IMG/VR virus record: IMGVR_UViG_3300050161_000104
Span: 1 to 38,820 of that record
Origin: a virus
Taxonomy: Duplodnaviria; Caudoviricetes
DNA length: 38,820 nt
Direction: 5' to 3' (one strand)
Both the position numbers and the translations under genes were made by a program. The notes below the pieces were generated by a model. It made no database searches. It saw only the letters and a list, made by a program, of their open reading frames with translations, and was not told the DNA's origin. Positions 1 to 7,855 of the stretch are shown here, one piece after another (within the stretch, counting starts at the first letter, position 1; the number at the start of each line of letters is the position of its first letter).

Positions 1-121
1 CCAACCCCGCTTCGAAGCCCCGCTGATAGTCAGTATCAGGCGGGTCGCCATACGAAAGCAGTAGGCCGCTCTCGATATAGCGTTGGGCTTTGTGGCCTTC
101 GAATGAAACAACCTCTGCCAT
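1..121 (-). CDS. Hypothetical protein, truncated at window edge (MAEVVSFEGHKAQRYIESGLLLSYGDPPDTDYQRGFEAGL...)
   Basis: Manual translation from ATG at 121, open to position 1. Continues the leftward cluster. Confidence 0.5.
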   Translation of the reverse strand, partial: MAEVVSFEGHKAQRYIESGLLLSYGDPPDTDYQRGFEAGL

Positions 122-201
122 TATTCAATTATCGACCCTAAAGAAATCATCGACGCCGTGGAAAGCCGCGTAGGCGATCCGCGCCACCTTTTCCTCTTCG
201 G

Positions 202-741
202 TCATGTCCAGTTCCTTCCTGAAACTCCCCGCAACTGCCGACGCGGGAACAATATCATTTGCAGCACTTCTTTGGCGGCGCGGCGTAGTGCGAACGGGTC
301 TTTGCTGCCGTTCGGTTTCAATCCGGCGGCGAACATGCCGACCAGCGTGTCGATCCGGTCTGCTAGGGCCAACGCCTTCGTGACCGGTGCAATCTCACCC
401 CCGTGCGGACCTTCCCAAACCACAGGCATCCGTTCCACCATGAACCGGGCCAACGCGGGGAGGTGATGTTCGGCGGATATAGGTTGATTTATTGCAGCTT
501 CCTCGAATGCAGGCCACACGCTGGCCATCGCCTCGAAATCGTCAATCAACAGATCGAATGCGCGCCAAGGACTATCTGCATTCTGACCGTGCTTGCGCAG
601 GAAGTCGGAACCAAACGAAATCAACCAACGCGCGCCGCCTTGTTCGCTACCATCATTGGCGACCGCCATCCCAACAGCGCGAACGAACGGCCCGGACGGA
701 ATCGCATCGGCTGCGTTTTGCCAAGCTGGTTCATAGGTCAT
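202..741 (-). CDS. Phage protein with a C-terminal segment resembling the HD domain of glycyl-tRNA synthetase beta subunit
   Basis: aa 118-164 [47 protein letters not shown] match the GlyS signature A-x-A-D-K-x-D-T-L-x-G-x-F...P[13 protein letters not shown]. ATGA overlaps at both ends. Confidence 0.8.
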   Translation of the reverse strand: MTYEPAWQNAADAIPSGPFVRAVGMAVANDGSEQGGARWLISFGSDFLRKHGQNADSPWRAFDLLIDDFEAMASVWPAFEEAAINQPISAEHHLPALARFMVERMPVVWEGPHGGEIAPVTKALALADRIDTLVGMFAAGLKPNGSKDPFALRRAAKEVLQMILFPRRQLRGVSGRNWT

Positions 742-1043
742 GTTTCAGTTCCTTCGCGGATTGCTGCGGCTGACCAATCAGCTGCCTCAGCGTAGCCTTG
801 GAATTTCTCCCATTGGTTCAGGCTGTCATTACCCATTGGGTCATGGCCGTTCCGCTTCTCACGATACATCGCCGCCCGTTCATCAAGCACCCTCGCATCC
901 GCCTCACGCTGCTCGGCCTTGGCTGCGTCGATGCCGCACCGGATAATATCGGCAGCAGCGTGGATGCCGTGACTATGTTCGGCGGCGATCATATCATGCG
1001 CGAGGCTTATTGCATCCCGCGCGACTTGGGTGACGGTGATCAT
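738..1043 (-). CDS. Hypothetical protein ([17 protein letters not shown]...)
   Basis: Start re-called at ATG 1043, which overlaps the upstream stop (ATGA coupling). Confidence 0.65.
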   Translation of the reverse strand: MITVTQVARDAISLAHDMIAAEHSHGIHAAADIIRCGIDAAKAEQREADARVLDERAAMYREKRNGHDPMGNDSLNQWEKFQGYAEAADWSAAAIREGTET

Positions 1044-1192
1044 ACCAAACACCCCACAGCAACAACCAAGCATGCAAAGGTGATGGTCAGGCACAATACG
1101 CCAAGGCCGCGCTCGCCAATCATGTGGAACGTCGCGCCTTGCAGCGCAAACAGGCAGGCGATGAGGGTGATTATCAGGCTGTTATTCATCAT
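1040..1192 (-). CDS. Small hydrophobic membrane protein, 50 aa (MMNNSLIITLIACLFALQG...)
   Basis: Manual translation, below ORF-track cutoff. Two hydrophobic stretches; ATGA-coupled at both ends. Confidence 0.55.
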   Translation of the reverse strand: MMNNSLIITLIACLFALQGATFHMIGERGLGVLCLTITFACLVVAVGCLV

Positions 1193-1338
1193 GCCTCACT
1201 CCAATAAGAACAATCCCGCCCACTTGACCCAGCCCGCCAGCTTTGCCGCCACTCATTCGGAACGGTGCCGCTATCAGGGTGGCGATGGCATCTGGCGGAC
1301 GCCTCGCAGGTTTCTGCGCACATGGTTATATCAGGCAT
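1189..1338 (-). CDS. Small Cys-rich phage protein, 49 aa (MPDITMCAETCEASARCHRHP...)
   Basis: Manual translation. MPDITMC...C..C.R pattern resembles small phage proteins; overlaps neighbouring stop/start. Confidence 0.6.
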   Translation of the reverse strand: MPDITMCAETCEASARCHRHPDSGTVPNEWRQSWRAGSSGRDCSYWSEA

Positions 1339-1537
1339 TGCGTTTCTCCAAGTGGGCGCGGACGGCGAGGCCCAGGTCGGTTAGGTCATACCTCACTTCG
1401 TAAATGCCCAAATGCTTGAGCGCATGGATAATACTTCCCTTGCTGGTGATGCTCAGGTGGGGAAGTTTGCCCGCAAGGAACTCCCGCTGCGCTTTCGTCA
1501 GCCCCCGCGCCACATCTCCTGCGTCCCGCGCGGTCAT
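1331..1537 (-). CDS. Hypothetical protein (MTARDAGDVARGLTKAQRE...LTDLGLAVRAHL)
   Basis: Start re-called at 1537 with GGAG RBS and ATGA overlap. Confidence 0.65.
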   Translation of the reverse strand: MTARDAGDVARGLTKAQREFLAGKLPHLSITSKGSIIHALKHLGIYEVRYDLTDLGLAVRAHLEKRNA

Positions 1538-2049
1538 TGTGTTTCTCCTAGTTCGGCGCGGGCGGAAATAGCCGCCATAATTTCCCGGATTGTTGGCCAC
1601 GGAACATCTATGCGCCGATATGTCCGCCCGCCGCATTCATCAAAATCGGGCACGTTGAATGAAAACTCACCAATGTAGGCTCGCTTGGTTTTATTGGGAT
1701 CAAGCGCATCACGATACCGCGCAATCTCCTGCCGGAGCGCGCATATTTCTAGCCACAAATTTTCGCTTTGCTCGTTCAGAATGCTGACAGACGCCTTAAG
1801 CCCGCCAATCTCCGCATCCTTCGCCGCCACCCACTCGCCCACGCTGGCATAGCCTGCCGCGAGGGCTTGGGTGTGGTGGGGATCGGTGCGGGTGTTCCAG
1901 AGTTTAACCGCTTCTCGTTCGGATGAACCGACAGGGCCGCGTGCGCCGCAATAGCACTGAACCCAATGCCTAAATTGACTGGTTGTCTCCGCGTTCACCG
2001 CTGCATTACATCCATGCGGACAAGCCGCCATCGCATCCCGCCCGCTCAT
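1534..2049 (-). CDS. Lar-like (restriction alleviation) zinc-finger protein with coiled-coil extension
   Basis: N-terminal CPHGC...CYCGARGP...EAVKLWNTR resembles the Lar family pattern; heptad region follows. Confidence 0.6.
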   Translation of the reverse strand: MSGRDAMAACPHGCNAAVNAETTSQFRHWVQCYCGARGPVGSSEREAVKLWNTRTDPHHTQALAAGYASVGEWVAAKDAEIGGLKASVSILNEQSENLWLEICALRQEIARYRDALDPNKTKRAYIGEFSFNVPDFDECGGRTYRRIDVPWPTIREIMAAISARAELGETQ

Positions 2050-2495
2050 TGCGGGTCGCCTAGTGCGGCGCGGGCTTCGGCCTCGGTCGCATGTTCGGTG
2101 AATATGAACCGTTCGCCTGCATCTGGATCATCAGTGACGCGAACGGAGCACCATATCGACGGGCAAGGTCGCGCTGTAGTCACTTCTATGAGATAGTCGC
2201 CTGCGTCCGGGTCGATCCAGTCGATCACTTCGTGAGGGCTGTAAAAACAGCGTTCACTATCATTAGCATCATAAAACCAAGAGGGTTGTTTCAGGCGCGC
2301 AATCTCCGCCTGCATCACCGCCCCTTGGCGAGCCGCGATACTCAGGAGTGACCCAAGATCATCGATACGACCAGCAGCCTCTTCGCACTCCTCGGCCTGC
2401 ACAGACAACCTGACAGGATCGCCGTCTTGAGTGTAAACGGTGTTTTCGTTGAATGCCTCTGCGCTACTGCGCAAGCGTTGCTGGATGCTATGCAT
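2046..2495 (-). CDS. Hypothetical protein (MHSIQQRLRSSAE...)
   Basis: Start re-called at 2495 after GGAGGT RBS. Confidence 0.65.
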   Translation of the reverse strand: MHSIQQRLRSSAEAFNENTVYTQDGDPVRLSVQAEECEEAAGRIDDLGSLLSIAARQGAVMQAEIARLKQPSWFYDANDSERCFYSPHEVIDWIDPDAGDYLIEVTTARPCPSIWCSVRVTDDPDAGERFIFTEHATEAEARAALGDPQ

Positions 2496-3012
2496 TTTTA
2501 CCTCCGATGCTTGCTGCATAATCAAGTGCCGCTTCGCCGAAATCGGCCTCCCACTGCTCTTCACCAGCGACCCACGCGCGGTGGGTGTCTGCTGCACCAG
2601 CGTGATATGCAGCTACGGCTACGTCATAGTGAGAGTTTAGGTATGTGAGCCTTTCCCCCAGCAGTGCATCGCGTTCGGCCTCAGCCTTCTCAGCGCGGAC
2701 GCATGTATCGCGGATCTGCCCGATGAATTTCTCGTTATCGTCCCGAAGCCGCTGCAACTCGTCACTGCGAAGGGTGGCTAGCTCGTTCCCATCGCAATCA
2801 ACGTGTCCGGCGAACCAGTCGTCTTTTACTGGATGCGCATCGGTGGTGAGCCGGTCGATAGACGATTTCATGCCTGCTATTACTGCCTGCGCACGGTGAA
2901 GCGCATATAGCAGCCGCCCTATGTCTGTTTCGTATCCCCAATCTCCGGGTGATCCGAACTCTTTCAAAATGGCGATGATTGCGCCATCATCGGCTGCGCT
3001 TTCGTGGGTCAT
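2488..3012 (-). CDS. Hypothetical protein (MTHESAADDG...FGSPGDWGYET...)
   Basis: Start at 3012 after AAGGA, with ATGA overlap; coiled-coil segment. Confidence 0.65.
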   Translation of the reverse strand: MTHESAADDGAIIAILKEFGSPGDWGYETDIGRLLYALHRAQAVIAGMKSSIDRLTTDAHPVKDDWFAGHVDCDGNELATLRSDELQRLRDDNEKFIGQIRDTCVRAEKAEAERDALLGERLTYLNSHYDVAVAAYHAGAADTHRAWVAGEEQWEADFGEAALDYAASIGGKNA

Positions 3013-3218
3013 GTTGGTTCCTTTGCGGATGCGCGGTCGTAAGCGCGTAACTGTGTTCCAGCGTGGTCTTTGCACAGGCGCACGATCTTGCTGGCGAACT
3101 TGTTACCGTTCGGAGTTCGGAACAGACCGCCCTCGCATAAGGCGATAATGGCGTAGGCAGTATTCAGATCGCAGATCGCGTTCTGTACCTGTTCTACCGG
3201 TGTGTCATTCGTGGCCAC
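3009..3218 (-). CDS. Hypothetical protein, 69 aa
   Basis: GTG start with GGAGAGGG RBS; coupled to neighbours. Confidence 0.6.
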   Translation of the reverse strand: MATNDTPVEQVQNAICDLNTAYAIIALCEGGLFRTPNGNKFASKIVRLCKDHAGTQLRAYDRASAKEPT

Positions 3219-3219
3219 T

Positions 3220-3360
3220 TCACCCTCTCCCCAAAACCCGTTGCAGCCACGTTGGCCGCTCCATCGGTAAAATCTTGCCGTGCGTCATCGGGCGCATCGG
3301 ATCGTGGTTGTCTGTCCATCGAAGCCGCGTCGTGTCGTGGATGGGGCGAAGGGCGGTCAT
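3220..3360 (-). CDS. Small hypothetical protein, 46 aa (MTALRPIHD...HGKILPMERPTWLQRVLGRG)
   Basis: Manual translation; fills the gap with an ATGA overlap. Confidence 0.55.
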   Translation of the reverse strand: MTALRPIHDTTRLRWTDNHDPMRPMTHGKILPMERPTWLQRVLGRG

Positions 3361-3572
3361 TTGAAAAATCCCCCGGCGATTAGGATAAACAGCACAAGTG
3401 CACTGCTGCCGAGTTTCTCGAATGCATTGTAGCGTTGCGGCTCACCCTTTCTATCGCCAGTTGTTTCAAGTCGATCTCGACCGTGCGCGGTGGCGACTAA
3501 CGCAAAAGACAGGAAAATTAAGGTGAGGTATGCCCATTGCGGCCAACCCCAATTTGCAGTTTCGATAATCAT
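3357..3572 (-). CDS. Small two-TM membrane protein
   Basis: WGWPQWAYL...LIAGGFF; AAAGGA RBS. Confidence 0.7.
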   Translation of the reverse strand: MIIETANWGWPQWAYLTLIFLSFALVATAHGRDRLETTGDRKGEPQRYNAFEKLGSSALVLFILIAGGFFK

Positions 3573-3614
3573 GATTGTGTTTCCTTTTGTGTCATGCGCC
3601 GCGCGCCTCGTTGG

Positions 3615-3863
3615 TCAGGCGGCGGATTTCGGGCATGTTGAATATGCAGGTAATGATGTTTGTTCCCAAATAGTGATACCGGCCTTGTTCAACTTGGCCG
3701 AAAAGGTGGAGATCAGCGCATCCTCTGGTCCGCCAACGAATTGAGACAGAGAGACGCCATCGGACGGCCATTCGTAGCCCGGTGATAGGACGCGCATGGC
3801 CACACGAGCGGCTAGGAGCAGGTTATCGGGTGCCGCGTAGATCGTGACCTTCGTGCATGTCAC
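3615..3863 (-). CDS. Hypothetical protein (start re-called at GTG 3863)
   Basis: AAGGAG RBS 8 nt upstream of GTG. Confidence 0.55.
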   Translation of the reverse strand: MTCTKVTIYAAPDNLLLAARVAMRVLSPGYEWPSDGVSLSQFVGGPEDALISTFSAKLNKAGITIWEQTSLPAYSTCPKSAA

Positions 3864-3894
3864 TTCGTGTCTCCTTGGCTGGCAATAAGGGCGG

Positions 3895-4122
3895 TCATTT
3901 TCTGTCCAACAAATTTGCGATAAACAGAGCGATAAACATAACGCTTGCGGCGATGGCAAAAAAGCCAGCCACCACGGCAATCGGCAACCAAATAGGGGGA
4001 AAAACCCAAAGCCATGACCATGTAATATATCCGGTCAATTTGAGTGCGATGAAAACTATAGACAGCAGGCCGGGGAAGCTGATGGCGTTTCTTGAGGTAT
4101 AGGCGCTTGCATGATTAGTCAT
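3895..4122 (-). CDS. Membrane protein of the phage Fragile-X-F / TMEM185-like type
   Basis: Motif IVFIALKLTGYITWSWLWVFPPIW; start re-called at 4122. Confidence 0.7.
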   Translation of the reverse strand: MTNHASAYTSRNAISFPGLLSIVFIALKLTGYITWSWLWVFPPIWLPIAVVAGFFAIAASVMFIALFIANLLDRK

Positions 4123-4232
4123 AATGGCAATCCTTGTTTTAGGGGCTTCACTAACATTCGACATCTGTGACAAACCGCGCATCGAACATCGCAATGCCGA
4201 TTTTTGCGCCTGCCATCCGCTCGTAAGGCTCG

Positions 4233-4535
4233 TTAAGCCCATATGGCGCGGGCTACGCGGGGCGTCATAATCATGCCGATGTTGTCATCAACGCACATCA
4301 GGAACTGGCAATCGTCAATCCGCCGTTTTGCCCATGCCAAGTGCCGTTCGCGCGGCAAGACATAGCCGTATGACATGCCGATCAACTTGCGTTCACGCGA
4401 GTTCGCCCACTCGGCAAGCGCATAAATCGCAGATTGCCGTTTGGTGGTTTTGCCCACGCCGACGAATATGGGAGCGCCGGTCACTGCCGAAAGGGTGGCC
4501 ACCCGACCTATCTCGGCATCGCTTGTTCGGGTCAT
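4233..4535 (-). CDS. Hypothetical protein
   Basis: ORF with ATGA overlap to the upstream gene. Confidence 0.55.
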   Translation of the reverse strand: MTRTSDAEIGRVATLSAVTGAPIFVGVGKTTKRQSAIYALAEWANSRERKLIGMSYGYVLPRERHLAWAKRRIDDCQFLMCVDDNIGMIMTPRVARAIWA

Positions 4536-4918
4536 GACGAGTGTTCCCCGGCGATCTGGCGATCAAGCCAAGCGTCCAGTGCCTGCATTGCCTTGCCGCC
4601 CGTTTCGCTGTTCATGACTTCCTCGCCCATTTCAGAAGCGGCGATGGCGTAGATCGTGGATTGCGAGGGAATAGGCGCGGCAAGAAAAGCGGCGACAATC
4701 GCCACCTTGAATAGGCCTTTACCCGCTTGCCAACCCGTCAAAAGGCAAGGCAATTGCTCGCTCTTGCCGCGCGAACTGTTGGCAAGATCGGTGCGGGCGG
4801 CGTTTGCGAAAATTGAAACCATCCCGGCGATTACAGCGCCAACAGCAATGGTCTCCAGTATGGCGCTAAGGCTGCCCACTACATCGGCGGCGTATATCAT
4901 CCAGCTAAGGTAGTTCAT
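4532..4918 (-). CDS. Membrane protein (MNYLSWMIYAADV...PSQSTIYAIAASEMGEEV)
   Basis: Two TM segments; GGAGG RBS. Confidence 0.7.
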   Translation of the reverse strand: MNYLSWMIYAADVVGSLSAILETIAVGAVIAGMVSIFANAARTDLANSSRGKSEQLPCLLTGWQAGKGLFKVAIVAAFLAAPIPSQSTIYAIAASEMGEEVMNSETGGKAMQALDAWLDRQIAGEHSS

Positions 4919-4919
4919 C

Positions 4920-5495
4920 TCAAACCTCCACCAGTGCCTTGTTGTTGATCCTGATCGCAGCGCGGGCGGCGTCTTTCTCCGCTACGGACATATCGCCCAT
5001 CGCCTGATTGCAATGGTAGTGTGCGAGGCGAAGGTTATCGAGTGCCCACGTCCCGCCGTTTGCCAGCGACTCGACGTGTTCAATCGTGCGATCCTCTCCT
5101 AATTCGCGCCCGCAAACCCAGCAATCCGGGCCGTCGCGTTCGAACAACGTATGGCGGATTTTAGCGTTGTTCCTTTTAGCCCGACCCTTCACCATTGGCG
5201 GCTTGCTGATTTGAACCTGCAACGCCCATACGCTTTGTGCGGCGTCAATCGCGGTAAGGCATCGATTGCTAAAGTCCAGTGCATTCAGGTGGCCAGTGAA
5301 GCCAGCGCGCCAGTAGTGGTCATGAACATCGGCGCGAGCCTTGTCGGCATCGGCGCGGGACAGGGCCGCAAGACTGGGCGCTTTCAGGCCAAACCATGCG
5401 CAATGGAGCAGGTCACGTCGGTAAGCATCCATCGGACTGGCAGGTTCGTTAAGCCAATCTGGCGCGGGATCGCGGCGGCGGGTGAGGTCGATCAT
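4920..5495 (-). CDS. HNH endonuclease
   Basis: RDGPDCWVCG...TIEHVESLANGGTWALDNLRLAHYHCN; start re-called at 5495. Confidence 0.88.
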   Translation of the reverse strand: MIDLTRRRDPAPDWLNEPASPMDAYRRDLLHCAWFGLKAPSLAALSRADADKARADVHDHYWRAGFTGHLNALDFSNRCLTAIDAAQSVWALQVQISKPPMVKGRAKRNNAKIRHTLFERDGPDCWVCGRELGEDRTIEHVESLANGGTWALDNLRLAHYHCNQAMGDMSVAEKDAARAAIRINNKALVEV

Positions 5496-5716
5496 GATGG
5501 TGAACTGGGCACTGGCGAAGGTTCTATCCTGCCGAAAGCAATGCAGAACGGCCCCGCGAAAAGACCAATCCAGTTGAAACGGAACCATTCAATTCCAAAA
5601 CCAAACGACCGCCATTTGACCAACGCTATTGCCCCGAACCGCATCCGCTTGGATACAAACCGCCACAATATGTGATAGGTTGTATCGGGCGATATGAATT
5701 GCACGTCAGCCATCAC
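5492..5716 (-). CDS. Hypothetical protein
   Basis: ORF coupled at both ends. Confidence 0.55.
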   Translation of the reverse strand: MMADVQFISPDTTYHILWRFVSKRMRFGAIALVKWRSFGFGIEWFRFNWIGLFAGPFCIAFGRIEPSPVPSSPS

Positions 5717-5859
5717 TCCCCCCCTCTCGCGTCAATCGCCGCGATTTCGTTAATGATGGCGCGGGCGTGCCGGAAGCCCGCGCGGGTTGATTGCACGTTC
5801 ACCGCAAAGGCAGTTCCGGCGCACATGGCGAAAAACAGATTAATGGCGAGGGATATCAT
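5713..5859 (-). CDS. Small hypothetical protein with hydrophobic N-terminus
   Basis: Start at ATG 5859, ATGA overlap. Confidence 0.5.
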   Translation of the reverse strand: MISLAINLFFAMCAGTAFAVNVQSTRAGFRHARAIINEIAAIDARGGE

Positions 5860-6188
5860 GCCACCACCTTCCGGGCTGCACCAATCAGCCGCTCGGCATC
5901 CGCCAAGGTCAGCCGCTCGAACGGCACACAATACAACTCATCGACATCGGTGCGGGGATAGCCAATACGGTCAATCAAATAGCCCTCATCGTTAAAGGCG
6001 GGCGTGCACTCCATCCGGGCCTCGTCCATCTCATCGGACAGGTCTGCCCAAGTGACAAAACGCATCGCATCCAGCATCCGCCAGCGCCAAAAATCGCTAT
6101 CCCGCTTGCCGACTGCATTGGCGTAATCACCCATGCAGGCGGCAGCTCGGAATGCGTGGGCGCGCTCGATTGTGTCGCTCGCGTTCAT
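5856..6188 (-). CDS. Hypothetical protein
   Basis: ORF coupled at both ends. Confidence 0.65.
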   Translation of the reverse strand: MNASDTIERAHAFRAAACMGDYANAVGKRDSDFWRWRMLDAMRFVTWADLSDEMDEARMECTPAFNDEGYLIDRIGYPRTDVDELYCVPFERLTLADAERLIGAARKVVA

Positions 6189-6469
6189 GACGCATACTCG
6201 AAACGGCCATACTCATCCGTGCCAATGCCTTCTTCGACATCATCCTCGAAATCATCGGGACCGCACGGGCCGGAAGTCAGCCAAACGCGAAGGGTGGTTG
6301 CAACCCAACCGCGCAGGTCGTCATGATCCCATGCCATGCCGCAAGCGATAGCCGCGTCCCACAGGCGGCTTTCCATGCGCGCTTCGTCGCATGTGCCTTC
6401 CGAGCGAAAATGAGCGTCCTGCGCGGTGATGAGCGCCTCAAGGGTTGCTTCGGTCGGGGTTGCTGTCAT
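6185..6469 (-). CDS. Acidic hypothetical protein; first gene of the leftward operon
   Basis: GGAGG RBS 7 nt before ATG 6469. Confidence 0.7.
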   Translation of the reverse strand: MTATPTEATLEALITAQDAHFRSEGTCDEARMESRLWDAAIACGMAWDHDDLRGWVATTLRVWLTSGPCGPDDFEDDVEEGIGTDEYGRFEYAS

Positions 6470-6495
6470 GTCGTTTCCTCCGTTTCGTTGCTCGC

Positions 6496-6524
6496 ATATA
6501 AGCGCGGCTGGCAAAGTGCGTCAA
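6496..6524 (-). promoter_or_regulatory. Leftward sigma70-type promoter
   Basis: Minus strand TTGACG-N17-TTATAT upstream of the leftward operon. Confidence 0.65.
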
Positions 6525-6548
6525 GCATTAATTTAGCAAATTATGCGC

Positions 6549-6585
6549 TTGCCTTTGCGCGAAATTGGCTTTAGCAAGCTTCATA
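6549..6585 (+). promoter_or_regulatory. Rightward promoter for a leaderless HTH gene
   Basis: TTGCCT (6549)-N17-TAGCAA (6572), ATG 7 nt later, no SD. TTTAGCAA occurs at both 6532 and 6570. Confidence 0.5.
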
Positions 6586-6785
6586 TGGACAAAACATCAG
6601 AACTAGACGCGCTCTTGAAGCGCTGTTTCGAAGCCCGCATCCCCGTCTATCGGGTGTGTGATGCAGCGGGGGTGGCGCGATCCACCCCTAGCCGCTGGAA
6701 GGCTAACCCCGGCATGATGAGCGCCAGCACGCTGGGCAAGCTGGAAGATGCGCTTGCCGGTATCGAACGGGAGCGAGCGGCATGA
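6585..6785 (+). CDS. Cro/XRE-like helix-turn-helix regulator
   Basis: VYRVCDAAGVARSTPSRWK HTH; first gene of the rightward unit. Confidence 0.8.
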   Translation: MDKTSELDALLKRCFEARIPVYRVCDAAGVARSTPSRWKANPGMMSASTLGKLEDALAGIERERAA

Positions 6786-6883
6786 CCTGCCCCGCACCAG
6801 ACTGCGACTATTGGGCAGGGGCGATTTGTTGTTCGCCCGATTGCCCTGAAAGTTTTACGAGGTCCGCGCCTATCGCGCGTGAC

Positions 6884-6936
6884 GCCACCCGCGCTGGGGT
6901 TCCTCCCCATGTCTCCCCCGGCGCGGGTGGTTTTTG
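6884..6936 (+). terminator. GC-rich hairpin with U-tract; terminator/attenuator, loop contains UUCCUCCCC
   Basis: CCACCCGCGCTGGGG (6885-6899) pairs with CCCCGGCGCGGGTGG (6916-6930), followed by TTTTT. Confidence 0.6.
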
Positions 6937-6992
6937 ATGGTTGAGGCTGTCACTATCGGGCGGGCGATTCTCCAATCACTGAAAGAACGCGC

Positions 6993-7103
6993 ATGACCCG
7001 TTTCACCACTACAATAACGCGCGCCAACGTCATGGGATGGCTTGCATCCTTGTCGGCTGGCGCGGCGATTTGGGCGCTGATCATTTGGGCGGTGTGGCCG
7101 TGA
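6993..7103 (+). CDS. Small membrane peptide, 36 aa
   Basis: MTRFTTTITRANVMGWLASLSAGAAIWALIIWAVWP; GTGA overlap with the next gene. Confidence 0.5.
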   Translation: MTRFTTTITRANVMGWLASLSAGAAIWALIIWAVWP

Positions 7104-7450
7104 TCGCTTCCGATATTCCCGGCGGCTACCGCCATAGCACAGATATGGCCCGCGTGCTGGTGACGTATATCGATTGCGATGAACGAGTGCAGCGCGAGTG
7201 CTTTGCCCATTTTGACACCGCGCCATCACTGTTCGCCATCCGTGACCTTCGCGGCATTCACGAACGCAGCTTAAAAAAGCGCTTGATCCCGCCCTTTGGC
7301 CCGCACGAAGGCTATTGCCGGGCGAAAGAGGCTGCAACGTTGGACAAGGTAAACGCGCGGTTTGTCCTGGCGCTCAAGACCGAACGCAACAGGTCGAACA
7401 ACGCGCGCGAGCTGGCCCAGATGGCGCGGGCGCGGGGGATCGGCGCATGA
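7100..7450 (+). CDS. Hypothetical protein (start re-called at GTG 7100)
   Basis: Coupled ORF. Confidence 0.6.
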   Translation: MIASDIPGGYRHSTDMARVLVTYIDCDERVQRECFAHFDTAPSLFAIRDLRGIHERSLKKRLIPPFGPHEGYCRAKEAATLDKVNARFVLALKTERNRSNNARELAQMARARGIGA

Positions 7451-7602
7451 TCGCCCGCGCCGTGCAGCGCATTGCCGAGGGGCTGTTAGAGGACGTGCAA
7501 GCCGATGAAATAACCCCCGATGCGTTGCGCCTTGCGGCTAGACGGTTGCTGGCACAGGCAGAGATGCTTGAGGTGGATTGCGTGGAAAATGCGGACGGGT
7601 AA
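7447..7602 (+). CDS. Hypothetical protein, 51 aa
   Basis: ATGA overlap; GGGGGA RBS. Confidence 0.55.
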   Translation: MIARAVQRIAEGLLEDVQADEITPDALRLAARRLLAQAEMLEVDCVENADG

Positions 7603-7615
7603 CTGCAAATAACGC

Positions 7616-7652
7616 TTGCCGATGCGCGTTGCATTGTGCATAATGCAACGCA
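7616..7652 (+). promoter_or_regulatory. Promoter with overlapping palindromic operator; leaderless start
   Basis: TTGCCG-N17-CATAAT, ATG at 7652. Inverted repeat GCGTTGCATT-N6-AATGCAACGC at 7626-7651. Confidence 0.7.
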
Positions 7653-7855
7653 TGAGAACGCACCCTGAAATCATCCAATCCATCGGCATTGGTCGCACGG
7701 CTGAAATAACCGGATCGCCGGTTAACACCGTCCGCTCATGGATACACCGCGACCGCATCCCGGTTGAACACTGGCAGGCGTTGATTGAGTGTGGCCTTGC
7801 GGCAACCGATGAACTGCTAGCGGGGGCAACCCGTGCGGTCAGGCCCGCCGCATGA
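7652..7855 (+). CDS. Cro-like HTH regulator
   Basis: GIGRTAEITGSPVNTVRSWIHRDRIPVEHW is a Cro-like HTH pattern. Confidence 0.8.
   Translation: MRTHPEIIQSIGIGRTAEITGSPVNTVRSWIHRDRIPVEHWQALIECGLAATDELLAGATRAVRPAA

Noticed and set aside
125-205. 26-aa minus-strand ORF in frame with the next gene across a single TGA (possible readthrough or recoding)
   Set aside because: TGA is the normal stop throughout the window and the downstream gene has its own ATG. Nothing supports readthrough.
250-390. GlyS-like segment as an attachment-site remnant or host glyS gene
   Set aside because: It is only about 47 codons inside a phage ORF coupled to phage-type neighbours. No glyQ, remaining glyS sequence or integrase is visible.
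4150-4245. Possible frameshifted continuation of ORF 4233-4535 (YGLNEPYERMAGAKIGIAMFDARF...)
   Set aside because: The alternative frame is open for only about 30 codons, with no slippery site or homology evidence.
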